This document shows positions 12,305 to 25,174 of a stretch of 64,000 nt of DNA, one piece after another. The position numbers and the translations under genes are program-made. The notes beneath the pieces are model-generated. The model was not told the DNA's origin, did not search any database, and was given only the letters and a program-made list of their open reading frames with translations. Position 1 is the first letter of the stretch. The number at the start of each line of letters is the position of its first letter. This stretch comes from Azolla caroliniana. Lineage: Eukaryota > Plantae > Polypodiophyta. The stretch is taken from contig JBHGNT010000011.1 in NCBI GenBank assembly GCA_043228905.1, positions 21,948,001 through 22,012,000 on the forward strand, given 5' to 3'.

Positions 12305-15300
12305 ATGGATCGAGCTTTTGCGCACGTACCAACGAAGACGAAAGAAACCATCGATCCTTCTCTATACTCTTCCAGAGATTCCTCTTCTTCTGTTTCTTCT
12401 TCTTCGTCGTCGTCTCCTCCTCCTCCTTCTTTCAGACTAGAGGATCGTAAAGTCGATTTTGCAGAGAGAGCTGTTTCTGCTGCTGGTGCCGCCTTCATAT
12501 CGGCCATCATTGTTAACCCTTTGGACGTTGTGAAGGTTGGTAAATCTATGAAATGACTCGATTCCTTTCTCATTTATTTGTTGTGTATTAGATAGATAGT
12601 CAGATATTAAATGTGAGATGAAGAGGAAGAAATGAGAACACCCTATTATTTTCTTCTAGGAACTCCAATAGATAGACTAAACGCGTGAAAGAAAGGAAAG
12701 ACCTGTTTAAGTAAAAAAGTTAGTAAAAGTAAAAGACGACTAAAGAATCTTGTTATTGATACATCTAAAATCCTCAAGTCAGATAGATCGCAATTTTTTC
12801 AGAAAGAGAGTTGTAAAAAGATTATGCTTATATGTGTAACACTAAAATAAAGCTTGGTTTCCTGTCTGGTTTGAGGTTAGATTTTGTCCTGAGTAAAGAA
12901 TTCTAGAGTGCTTGTTTTTTTGTCTGTTCCTACTTGGTGCTAAGATAGCTCACTGCTTCACATGAAATATTGGTTTTGCTATGTGTGACTTTTTGAACAA
13001 TGTAGATATGTTTCTAGTTTCCTACTTACATAGAGAGTTTTAGAAACATATGATTATCCTATCTCTATAGCTAATCGCAATAATTATGAGTATTTCTGGC
13101 CACAAAACGGATTGCTTTATTAGTAGATATAATGGTCGATGCTCATTACATATGATTCATTGACGATTCTAAGTGTATGAGGATTGCGTGGATGTTAAAC
13201 CAACATCAAAACATCTCAATAGCAAATTGGGAAATCAATCTGAGATGCTTGCTTCACATCAGAGGTGGCAATTAGAGGGCATAGAGAAGGAAATCAATCT
13301 GAAATGCTTGCTTCACATTAGAGGTGGCAATTAGATTACAATCTCTAATGAGGAAATTCATGAAGAATGAGTAACGAGTCCTACTTATACAGTGCACCTG
13401 CTAGAGGTAGCTTCACCTAATGCCTTGGTATAGCATTTCCAATTTTCATACATTCCATTGCTCTTGATATTCCCTTCTAGCTGTTCAATTGTTTTAGTTT
13501 ACTGTTCAAGCTAATGGCTGCCCGTCATATTTTTTGCAATATTCATGTATGAAAACTTAGCTCACTGAACACATGCGAGTTTGTAACTCCTCTTTTATGG
13601 GCAAGTCCATCTCACATAGAGTTGACAACTACAAGAATGAGAAGGGATTAGGAACTACAATCATAGTACGTTCAAAACATGTTTATTTGTAAAATAAATG
13701 ACCATTTGTGTTCTAGGTATAAAGCTACAGGGTCGCATATGAGTAATTGGTTAGAGTGCATGATGTCAGACTTCGTTTTCCATATTGGGCCCAAAATTTG
13801 GGTGTAGTTGCAAATACAATCATATGTATGCAGCACAATATGTTTAAAAATGTCCATCATTTTCATGTGCTGAAAACAAAGGTTTCAAAACTCCCATGTC
13901 ATTGCTCCAAGTTTTTGTACTTCTTTGTAGTTCCATTTAACACATTCTAGTAGAAAATTCAGGGTTTCATATGTTTCTATGCAAGATTGCCAAACAATGC
14001 CAAAACGTGCCCACTAAAAATTAAACAAACTAGCCCCTTTACTCTGATTGGTGCTTCCAATTTTGCCCTTACTTCCTATTCATACTTACATGTAGAAGTT
14101 TGTCTAAAATTAGCTTGGTCTTACAATGATTCCATATGGAACATCATTCATATAACCGATTCCTGTCTTTGCAACCTGCACAGAATGTGTTTTTTTTATT
14201 AAAATCAAATGGCTTTCTTCACACATGTCACATTTTCTTTGTTTTCAGGATTTTGTATCATATAATAACATCTCGTTGAATAATTGTGTGCTTTTTTACA
14301 TGGGCTTAAACAAGTGTCTTTAAACATTCCAGACTAGACTTCAGGCACAAGCTGCAAATGAACCATACCAGCATGTAAGGAGACACATTACACTTACTCC
14401 AGAGTTTGTGGTAAATTTCAACTCATATACACCACAGTAACATCTCTTTTCATTTTTTGCTGGTGTTTGTATAATTCTAATCATGCTTGCTTGTTGTCGT
14501 CGTTCTACTTGATATGTTTACTCTGGAAAGTGTCCCCCTGTTTGTCCACGTGGTGGTGTATCTGGCGCAGTACCTTTATGCCCACCTAGTTGTTTCAGAT
14601 ACAGTAGCACATTTGATGTCTTTTACAAGATTGTACGACAGGTATATTCCACGAGTTACATAAAATTTTCTTATTGAGGCAGCCTCTGGGAATGTTCTTA
14701 TGGCTATCTGATTGAAATGAAATCTAGGAGGGCATCTCAAGACTTTGGAGGGGCACAACTGCTGGACTTGCACTTGCAGTGCCAACGGTAGGTTTACATG
14801 ATATGCTATACAAGAGCAATGCAAATACTCAGTAAAATTTGGCATAAGTGTCAATGTGACATGTTTGTGTGCAGGTTGGGATCTATCTGCCATGCTATGA
14901 TGTATTCCGTGATTATCTTGAAGCATATGCAGCAAACAATCAACCCCAGTTAACTCCTTATGCACCCCTTCTTGCGGGCTCAGCAGCTAGATCACTGGCT
15001 TGCATGATTTGCTCACCAATTGAGTTGGCAAGGGTACGGATGCAGGTAAAAGCATATACACTTCTTTGATATCTTTTAAAGAGATTTTACTATCATCCTT
15101 GAAGGTGAAGTATGCTTTAGTAGTGTAGCTAGGATATCAATTTGTGGAATCAAAGTGAGTAAGTAAGAAACGAAAAAAGAAGGAAGAAAACCAAGACAAG
15201 GGATAAAATTTAAAGCAAAAACTTGCATTACCATAGTGAGTGCGAGGCTCCAAATTTGTATCACTCAGCAATTTGAGCTCCTCAATGGAACACCAGTTAC

Positions 15301-17646
15301 AATATTACAAAGAATGAGATCATGTCTTTCATTGAAGGGGATGTGTAGGTTTTTTCCTCCTTCAGTCTGGAGGGAGAGGGAGAGAGGAGAGGAAGGGACA
15401 AAAAAAGAGGGAGAGAATAGAATAGAGAGAGGGGAGGGTGTGTCCTTGCCTTGGTTCACAGGTGGTAATAGAGTTGGATGTAATAGAATAGACACCGGAA
15501 CCTGTTTAGGGTAAAGTGTGCATGGTTGATTACTCTAGTCTCTCATGATTTGTGCCCCAATGACTTGTCTCACATTGTAGTGAATGTGAGGTAAGTCGCA
15601 TGGAAGCAACGGTTTGGATGGCAGAGAGAGAATAGAATAAACGTTTTATGGTCTATGATGAAGCCAATTTTGACCTATGGGATCAAATCAACATATCATC
15701 TTGTATGTGACTCCTTCCTAAGGAGAGGGGTTTACCAATCTTTAGAAAAAACTCTCAATGCACGCATATATGTGCCCATCTTTTTTGGTGGAAATTTGAA
15801 TATCACGCTCTCATTATCATACCCGTCTAACAAGTCATCATATATCTTGCGAATTACCTTATACATCTCCACTAGTTTTTCATTGCATACCTTGCATATC
15901 TTCATATTGGGGCGATGATCCCATTATACTACCTCAACACCGAGTTCAAAGAATTATTAAGGCTCTCCAAGAGCCAAGGCTCAGGGGGGCAGTGATGTGA
16001 TTGGATATGTTCTAGCATTTTTTCCTTGTATTGGGGCCAACATTGGGAATTAATATTTGCAATGTAATACTCCCATTTGGACATTTTAGCATCTTGTCAC
16101 ATCATTAATGATTACATACTTCGTAGTGTCACCAGAGAGCTCCAATAGATATTTTACTCCCCATCTCTTAAACCATTTCATAATGTCAAGCACCCTGCCA
16201 CATGAGAGGATTTTGCTCTCATTAGGTTTTTGTACATTGCATCCTATATTCTAAGCTTGTTTGGTTAGTCTATGATCAGGCATTTTCTGAACTTTTGTGA
16301 TATAATCTTTGGATAGCTAGTACCTTTATGGGCCAAGTGCCTAATTCTAATAGCATGATAGGATAGGAGGTCGTGGATTTTACCCCCAATGATCTACATA
16401 ACGACATTTTTTGGATTTGCTCTCTTTCATTCCATGCGCTAAGTGAGATAGTGCCACCCCACACTTCCACTCCAGAGAGATTAACGTCTATTAAGAGGCC
16501 AAAATGGCCTATAAGACCAAACAAGAGATTACATCTTAAGTGTTATCTTATCTTTGAGAACAAATCAAAATAAAATAATATTACTCCGTAAATATAAAAG
16601 TAAATAAGATTAAAAGAGACGAGGGAATTTGGTTTTCGACACATGTGAGATTCTCATGTTGGATATATTGTAACTTTTGTCTTCAAAAGATCTCTAGCAT
16701 AGGTCTATCCATTCTCTCCGAAACGAGGGAAGCACCTGAGATAATGGCCTTTCTCTGTTGATGACAAGGGTGTTGAGGTCGTGGTCCATGGGGCCGAGGC
16801 CTACGTGCATGACAAATTCCTATTGCCCGATCAATTGTAACCCCTTTGTTATGTCTTGGTCTAGAGCCCATTTGTGTATCCCTTGATTGACTTATAGCAT
16901 TAGTAGGAGTGGTGCGGCTAAAGAAAGTTGTGATTGTTCTTTGTGGATGAGCTTGTGTGGCCGTATTCTTCAACAACTTTTCCCGATGCCTCTTGAGCTC
17001 TAGCAAGAAAAGTCCTAGGCGCCGTTGGTTCTCATATTCTATTACCTTGCGTAGTGGACCAAAGCCTTGTTTAAAGAGGCAATGGTATCTCCCTCTGATT
17101 TCATAAAAGACACTACAATGGCAAACATAGTGTTCTTCAGATTCCACTCCTTGATGACACAGTTGGCAAATTGTTTATTCTAGAGGTACTCATGTATATC
17201 TGCCTACCTCAATCTGTAACTGATGTGATGAAGCTCGCAGCTGCCTTATCGTACTGCGCAGCACATAGGATAGATGTATGTCCATACATCCTCCGATGTG
17301 TGTAAGAAGGGTGTCTTATAGTGGGCCATCTTCGTACCAAGTGATATTTTGGGGCTGATCCATGTTATCTTGTTTATATATATATATATATATAGAAAGA
17401 AAGAAAGAAAGAAAGATATATTAACGTCTTTTAAGAGGCCAAAATGGCCTATAAGACCGAATAAGAGATTACATCTTAAATGTTTTCTCGTCTTTGAGAA
17501 CAAATCAAAATAAAGTAAATATTACACAGTAAATATAAAAGTAAATAAGATGAAAAGAAAAGAGACGAGAGAATCTGGTTTTTGGCACATGCGAGATTCT
17601 CAAGTTAGGTATATTGTAGCTTTTGTCTCCGAAAGATCTCTATCAT

Positions 17647-17679
<33 letters not shown>

Positions 17680-20331
17680 GAGAGAGAGGTTGACTGATTT
17701 GGGATATGTTTATGATCATGAAATGCATAGCTAATGTGTATGCATTTAGTAGTAGCTAATGTGTATGCATTTAGTAGTGGCGAGGAGACATGATATCTGA
17801 GGTTGGTTGGTACTTGCAAGTCTATTATGAAGTTCACCAATTGCATCTGGGTGTCCTCAACCAGATTGGACATGATGAGCAATGATCTCCATGTTCTAGT
17901 GATGGTACGTTGTCTGTGATGGTGTGAGCCTATTGTAGAAGTCAATGATGTGCAATTGCCATTGCATCTTTTGGCCAAAGTGTCGTGAGTCGGCCTTTCC
18001 TCATCATTTGTCAGATAATGGTGAATAAGTTGGGCACTTGCACGTAAACTGTTCGTAGCTCTTGACCTTTCCTTCGCATAATGTGCAGAATCTTTCGGCT
18101 CTAGGTATGCAAAGTGCTCATCCTGCCTCAATTTTTGTGGCTGGTGGGAGGAAACTCTGAGTTGGTCTACTGCTTTGCAAGCACCATTGGGCATGTACAT
18201 GTCCATGTACCTCGGATTCTATATGAATTTATAATGTCAAATTCATGAAACTGAGAGAGAAATTGTTTGCAGGCTCAAAAGGAAGTTCGATCTGGTGTGA
18301 AACCACCTGGGATGGGGAAAATACTTTTGGAGGTCCTGTCAAGTGTCACTATTTCTTCAGGAGAACGTAGTGAGTTGATTTTTTTGAAATGGCTTATCAT
18401 TGACAGCTTATGTGTAATTTATTTGAGTTTGATTGGTGAATATGGTTCATGTTGGTCTAATTCCAGTTTTATGGACAGAAAACGTAAATGCATATATTGT
18501 AAGCTCTTCTCTATTTACCAGCAAAGTTTTTGATTTTTTGTAGTGAAGGGAGTTAAAGCATTGTGGACTGGAGCAGGGGCACAACTTGCACGAGATGTTC
18601 CATTTTCTGCAATTTGTTGGGCAACGTTGGAGCCGGTTGGTGTTATTCATCTTCATTTGAATGTCGATAAAAAACCATTTAGTTATGTCATGCCTGTCTG
18701 TTATTGAACTGCATATGTATAAAAATATTTATAATTGAACTCCATTTTCAGCTATTAGTTGGGTGATGTTGGAACTGATTCATGGCATCTTCATTATAAA
18801 TGTGCAGAAACCCACTATTATTGAACCATAGTCACATAAAAATACCTATAATTGAACAGTGGTCACCAAAAAATACATTTTTATCCAAAATCTGAAACGT
18901 GCTTTCAAATTTGCAACCAGGACATTCAAAATTATAACTTTTCATTAATTGGTGGTCACCTTACATACCCTATAAAGAGGATGTTGAGAGAAGCATTTTA
19001 TGGCTAGCAAATCATTAGGGGAGACATTTTATGAGTTATGGTGCATGAAAGTTCTGCGTTGACCCTATTAAGCATCAAGATGATGCGCTACATACAAGAA
19101 GCTCTTGTCTTGAGATCGGACCAGGACAAAGCTGATAAACTGAATGCCTGATACTGGTTGCTTTATTGCAGTCCATTGTCGAAAGAGAAGGGGGGGATAT
19201 CACTGATCCCAACAAGAAGGCACGAATGATGTGGTAGCCTAGAGAAATCAGACCAGGTCAAAGCTAATGCACTTAATGCCTGATAATGGTTGCTTTATTG
19301 CAGTTCACTATCGAAAGAGAAGAGGGGATAGCTCTGATACCAACAAGAAGGCACAAACGATGTGGTAGCCTATCTCTAGCGCATATGTTGGGATTCTAGA
19401 AGCAGGTTAATCACAAAAGAGTAAGGAGTCTTCATAGGATGATGGGAAAAAGACAAACCTAATTATATCATAGTGTTAATGTTAATGTCCAGCTAATAAA
19501 TCTGGGATTATGTTGGTATTGGTTTTTAAACACTGCTTTAATCAATTAACTCAAGGTTGTCTGTGTTGATATCGCTGAAGAAAAATTTCTTGCTTCCTGA
19601 TATTAATATGCTAAATGTTTGTTTTGATCATATTTAGCTTAGAAGAAAGATTACAGACAACTTGGGTGCTGAGGCAAGTGCAACAAGAGTTCTCGGTGCA
19701 AATTTTGCTGCAGGTTATGTTGCTGGCACCATAGCTGCAGCAGCAACTTGTCCTTTAGATGTGGCTAAAACAAGGCGGCAGATTCAGGTCAGACATTTTC
19801 TCTATGTTCTGGTGTATCATTCTATTCTCTGTTTATGTACATTTAAGATTAGAAGATATTCATCCGCTTGTAGGATCCCTCGAAGATTGTTAGATCGAGC
19901 ACATGGAAGGTTCTGACTCAAGTTTGGAGGTAAATGTCTCATCCCCTTTATGAGTAGCTAAAAACATTTGCTAGCTTATTGTGAATCAACCTCCCCACTT
20001 ATGTAATTCAATATTTAAAGGGTAGTATAAAAATGCCAGCTTTACCCTTGGGATGAATGAACAAAACTATACAAATTTGAAATTTTAATAAACAATGTGA
20101 ACTTTCAAACTCCTGAGTAATTTTGTAAAAAGTAAAACATTATTCTGCAAGATATACATATTCAAAGAATGTTACACAAGAAAATCATGTGGTGGCAGGG
20201 AAGGAGGCATCTCAGGATTATTTGCGGGTGTTGTCCCCAGAGTTGCAAGGACAGGACCATCCGTTGGCATCGTTGTATCGTTTTATGAGGTTGTGAAGTA
20301 TGTACTTCATCAAGCTCATACTCATACTTGA
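12305..20331 (+). CDS. MTM1: Mitochondrial carrier protein, MTM1/SLC25A39-like. Exons about 12305-12535, 14333-14410, 14531-14641, 14728-14787, 14875-15045, 18273-18369, 18544-18635, 19638-19787, 19874-19929, 20199-20331
   Basis: Three carrier signature motifs (NPLDVVK|TRLQ, SPIELARVRMQ, CPLDVAKTRRQ), plus LWRGTTAGLALAVPTVGIYLPCYD, LARDVPFSAICW and PRVARTGPSVGIVVSFYEVVK. All introns are GT-AG with consistent phases. Exon 2/3 edges are less certain. Confidence 0.92.
13231..13335. repeat. Direct repeat, period about 59 bp, in MTM1 intron 1
   Basis: GGAAATCAATCTGA(G/A)ATGCTTGCTTCACAT(C/T)AGAGGTGGCAATTAGA occurs twice. Confidence 0.8.
16480..17375 (-). mobile_element. 5'-truncated LINE (RTE/RTEX-like), copy A, in MTM1 intron 5
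   Basis: ORF 16683-17147 (ESEEHYVCHC zinc-finger-like motif, YEIRGRY) is highly similar to 57190-58100 along its length. Confidence 0.85.
17394..17642 (-). mobile_element. Short LINE 3'-end copy B with (TTTC)n tail
   Basis: Near copy of 16481-16700 and 57184-57380. Flanked by (TA)n on the left and (GA)n on the right. Confidence 0.85.
18000..18206 (-). mobile_element. Degenerate LINE fragment
   Basis: VDQLRVSSHQ resembles IGQLRTSSHQLE of the LINE at 57.9 kb. Confidence 0.5.
19112..19371. repeat. Imperfect tandem duplication, unit about 131 bp, in MTM1 intron 7
   Basis: GACCAGG(A/T)CAAAGCT...AACAAGAAGGCAC...ATGTGGTAGCCTA occurs twice. Confidence 0.8.
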
Positions 20332-22366
20332 AACTTGTAATTGGCAAAAATCAACAGAAAATTATCAGATGAGGTTTTCCATAATGGAGGCATTCACCAA
20401 ATAAGTGACTGGCCCAAAGATATGCAACTGAAGCTGCAGTCTTTGTTGGATCTTCACAATTGTTGAAGTCATAATTAACATTCATCTGGGAGTTTTGTCA
20501 CGCAATCCTGTACAGATTAATTTGGTGTCCATATGGTGATATGTTTGCTTACCATGACTAGAGGAGAAGATGAGCAATATTGGTATTTCAGCATTTACTT
20601 TTTCTTGCTGGTTGGTGGACTTTGCAGTTTTTGTCAGTTGGTGTTTGTAATCATGCTGATGGTTCCCTGTATAGGAATCATATTTCAAGTAAAAAGAAAT
20701 AGGGGCACGCCTTGAAGTTTTGTTTTTATAAACCTCTTGTTAAAGCATTGTTTTTGTTAATGTAACTTATTAGTCCTATTCGTGGTGCTTTGGAGAATAG
20801 CATACTATTATTTGTGCATCTAAATATAAAAAATGAATTAAAGTCTATTGCTGAAATCAAGCAGAGTAGTTAACAGTATTCCAGCAGGAACTGCCATTAA
20901 AGAATTGCTGTTGCAGGGATTTCTAGCAAAAGAATTTTATGTAATCTGTTGTGGAAAGTCTTCTAAAATGGTCTATGCACTCTGTTTTATTGATAGCTTT
21001 AGTCTTCACATCTTAAGCAGCCATGTTTACGAAATGGTCACAACAGGAGTGTGGAATTGGTATTTGGAATATTGTTCCTGTAGCCTTCATGTATGTTCCT
21101 CCTGTATGGTTAACCTTTGGTGCAGCTTCAACACATGTAAGTTTGTAACCTACATTTGCTAGAAAACAATGAAGGGCCATTTCTTTGGAAGGGTTAAGAA
21201 GATCATTGACTTCAATGCACTTTATGATTTACTGCAAAACATGCAAAAAGGTTGTAGCTGAATGCTGTATATATTTTGCAGCAGTCTTAACTTGAACACC
21301 AGGATTGTGATTTACAAGATTGAAAACCATTAAAGAACATGGAGTTAAAATAAAACCCTTTTGAAATATATATGATTGAGTTTTGGAAAGGATGGGTGGA
21401 AGGAAAAGAGTTTGTATAGTTTGTCAAGGGCAATGGACCAAACAAAACAACTTCCATAATTGGCTCTTGTTTTTGAAGTGAAAAGCTCAAATGGAAAAGT
21501 TTGTCAACTTGGCCAGAAACAAAATTTCATGGTGTCACCAAGTTGCCTTGGGGAAGAGAATAATTTGACCTTTGAAAGGATAAAAAATTTGGGTTCTTAA
21601 TTATATGATAAGTTCGTTTTGGGGGAGGACTTGGGCCATGTGGATTGTGAAAGGTTGTTTCTAATGGGTTAAACTTTAGAAAGCAAATATTACTAAAAAT
21701 CAGCTTATAAATTGGAGAAATAAAACAAAATATATTTGTTTATTTTCAAATTTACAAGAATATGCTCATGGAACCTTGTAAAATCATAAGAAAATGACAA
21801 TTGAACACACAATTAAATGGAATAAGATATTTACATCTTAGCTTAATCTAGTCTAATGCTTTGTATACCAAGGTAAATCTTTTACCTTAATGTGGCTAAT
21901 GATATTGATTAATGAGGAATAAATTCAAAGTTTCTTTCACTTAAATTATGAAAGCTAACCTAATTTCTAACTAGAGGTTTGACTGGTAATTTAAAATTCC
22001 AAGCTTCCTAGACACTTTAGGTGATTCCACACATATTTGGTAAAGTTGAAATTGAATAAGAATAACATTTACCGAAAAAATATGATACTTTAGTTAAGGA
22101 AAACACCCCTGTGATTTGGCCACACAACTTTTCTAGTTGTGTGTTAAAGTGCTTGACATGAATAACCTGAAACACATAAAAGCATGTTAAAATATTGTTG
22201 CCCCATAGTGCTCAATTGTGAAAAACACCTTGCACAACAACATTTGTCATTCTCTTAAACGTTCTAGGCATAAGATAGCAATCTTCATCAAAACATTATA
22301 CGCCCACACTCACATTCAATTCGAGCATAACATACTTTACATAGATGCATAGAGCTCCCTACAAAG

Positions 22367-22509
22367 TAGGGATCGGCAATGGTTCGGCTGAGGTTTGAGC
22401 TTAAATAAACGGTTTGATTTCGGTTTGGCTTGGCTTGAGTCTTGCCAAACCGGTTAAGCCGTTTATTTGGTTTTCTAGTTAAAAACTTCAAAGTTAGAAA
22501 TTAGTTAGA

Positions 22510-22546
<37 letters not shown>

Positions 22547-22827
22547 ACATAGACGAGGAGGGAGGGAGACTACACAGAGTAGAGAGAGACAGACTACACA
22601 GATGAGTAGCGAGAGAGAGAGAGAGAGGGAGAGGGAGACTACACTGACGAGGGGAGGGAGAGAGACTACACACTGAGAGAGAGTGAGAGAGAGGGAGGGA
22701 TGGAGGTTTCCAAACCGGATTAGGGATCGGTTTGGTTTGGTTTGGTTCAGGTTTGAGAAATCCAAAACGGTTTGGCTTGGATAAGGCCAAACCTGTTAAG
22801 CCTAAACCGAACCGTTGCCGATCCCTA
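22367..22827. mobile_element. Non-autonomous hAT element (MITE)
   Basis: TIRs TAGGGATCGGCAATGGTTCGG and CCGAACCGTTGCCGATCCCTA. Perfect 8-bp TSD CTACAAAG (22359-22366, 22828-22835). Subterminal GGTTT/AAACC repeats. Confidence 0.93.
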
Positions 22828-24528
22828 CTACAAAGTACATTATAATACTTAGTTACAATGCTCTAGCCTCTTGGAATCCATATTGTGTCATTTGAGTAAA
22901 GACCCCCCTCTCTCTCTCTTCATGGGGGTTAGGCCTAGGGAATTTACTCCACCAAATTACACATTTTCTTATTGTGATGTTTCACCAAATTTCTCCAACT
23001 CTCTCTTTCCCACATAAGAGGTCAAGTTAAGGAGAGTACCCTCGGTGTGACATTTGTCCAAATATCTAGATCTCCCATTTGTTGTTGTGCATAACATTGA
23101 GAACTATTTTAGTTATAATGCTATATTGGGATTAGTAAACTCCTATTTTATATTATATTATTTTTAATAAAGTTCAATTGTTACTCTACACACTTAGTTT
23201 TGAATCTTGATGTACTTTCCTTTCAAATAGAAATGATAAAATATGGGGAAGATTCTTTACGGTGGTAATTCCACCTACAAGCAAATGTTATAGTTAATGG
23301 ATCCTTTGTAATTATAATGCTGTGATAGTGGTTTTATTTTGATGTTAGTAAACTCTCAACTACCTAAAAACAACTTGTTTTTCTATATTTTTTACACTTA
23401 CCTTACTTAACACCCTTGTGTCATAAAGAACTTGACTACTACTTGGTTAAACTTGAAAACATATGAGTGACCCTGTGTACATAGAATGGTCACCAAATCC
23501 CAACTCAAGTACATAGAATTGTCATTGCAAGTTGGGAATACTACAAAAAACTAGAGAGATGTGAAATGTGTATGTGATTGGGTTCTCGGGGATTAACAAG
23601 AGCCAATAAGTTGACGATTGAAGAGAATGTTAGGGGGGCTTCAACACCACTCTACAATATGTTAGAACCCATGATGATGGATCTTACAAGCTTCACAAAC
23701 TCGAAGTGCTGAAAAGTTGGAAGACATTTCGAGCACATCACATCTTTCCCTTGAAACATTTACTTTATCTAGTACTTTATCTGGTAGATCCCACCACTTT
23801 GATGCTTTAAAGTTTAAATGTTGCTTGTGAGTTAAACCTAGGAGGTGTCCTTGTGTGCATCACGAGGATGTACATATATTATATGCTTTAATTTGAACCT
23901 ATGACAAATGTTTGTGGCTCTATGTACTCTTAAAGTTTTATGGATTGTTTATATTGTTGTTGTTACAAAATGAGACGGACATACGATGGTGATATACTAA
24001 TTAACTTACCCGGGGCAACCATGATTAATGTGACCAACAAAACACTCTACCTGAGCGTGAACCCCAAGAATTCTAAAAGGGTAGAAGCAAAAGAAAATGA
24101 AAAATCAAGCTACTTGCCAAATTTCATCATTTGGTCTTGAGAAGCAACGAGCCTAGCCACTGATGTTAATGATAATTCTACCATCCTCGTTAGTGAAACT
24201 TGAAAGCTTGTATAACCTTGTTAAGGATTCAAGAAAATCAGACTTAGTGTCCTCGTACACGAGGCATTCCAAAAGTGACATATATTTCCGTGATGTGCGT
24301 GGAATAAAGTAAGATGGAGAATGACGAGACTTCCTCTTGGTAATGACAGTATAAAAGTAACAAACGAATGAGGGTGGAGCCCATGGTGTAACTTGCGAGC
24401 ATAGAACACATCTTCTCCGAGTTATACATATATGACTTTGATTGCCTTGGAGCTTTGGTTGTAAAACAGCACATGATGTGTAGTGTACACGGAGGCTGAA
24501 ACCGAACACGCCTCTGTCTCATATACCA

Positions 24529-24567
<39 letters not shown>

Positions 24568-24807
24568 CATCCACAAAATGCTGAATGGAAGTAGGCAAGG
24601 AAATCAACCACTTTTCTTTTATATCAAAAAACAAAGGGAGCTTATGTATGTTATTAGTGATAACTACTACTCTATATATGGGGAGGAACAAGTGTGCAAA
24701 AAGCAAAAAGCAAAAAGCAGAAAAGCCATGGCACTGAGCTGGCAGTCCAGACGCGCTATGCCACCCATGAAAAGCACATGGTGATGTGGCCATGCCAGCC
24801 TGCATCC

Positions 24808-25123
24808 TACGTGGCTCGCTGACGTGGCGGGCACACCGCTGAGCTGGCGAAGATAGTGCGGCGTGCCGTGTTGGGAAAAGCCAAATCAATCACAGGCAGC
24901 GTGTGCTGGGAAAGCAACCTCTGTGCTATCATCATCTTCATCTCAAAATGCCAGGCTGGCAAAGCCGACGTGTCACGATACCGATGGATGAAGTGCTGAG
25001 CTGGCAGAGGCGTCTATGCCAACTGGACAGGCAGCGGACATGGTGGCATACCCTTCGCTTGAAGAAGAAAAGATAAGAGGTCCACATTCTCTTTCTGTCT
25101 CTGTCTGTCTCTGTCTCTGTCTC
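24808..25123 (+). promoter_or_regulatory. GC-rich proximal region of the TMK gene with ABRE-like cores and a TGTCTC array
   Basis: ACGTGGC at about 24809 and 24822, ACGTGTC at about 24968, four TGTCTC at 25096-25123. Function is inferred only. Confidence 0.35.
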
Positions 25124-25174
25124 TGTTTTCCGTTTCAATCATCCTTTTGGTAACAGTCGTTCGACTCTGCGGCC

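Noticed and set aside
11793-12573. Multiple overlapping ORFs around MTM1 exon 1
   Set aside because: Artefacts of microsatellites and antisense frames.
19116-19125. miR166-like TCGGACCAGG
   Set aside because: Only 10 nt match, no hairpin, and it is part of an intronic tandem duplication.
22530-22690. CRISPR-like repeat-spacer look of GAGACTACAC units
   Set aside because: Eukaryotic context, spacers are GA low-complexity, inside a MITE, no cas genes.
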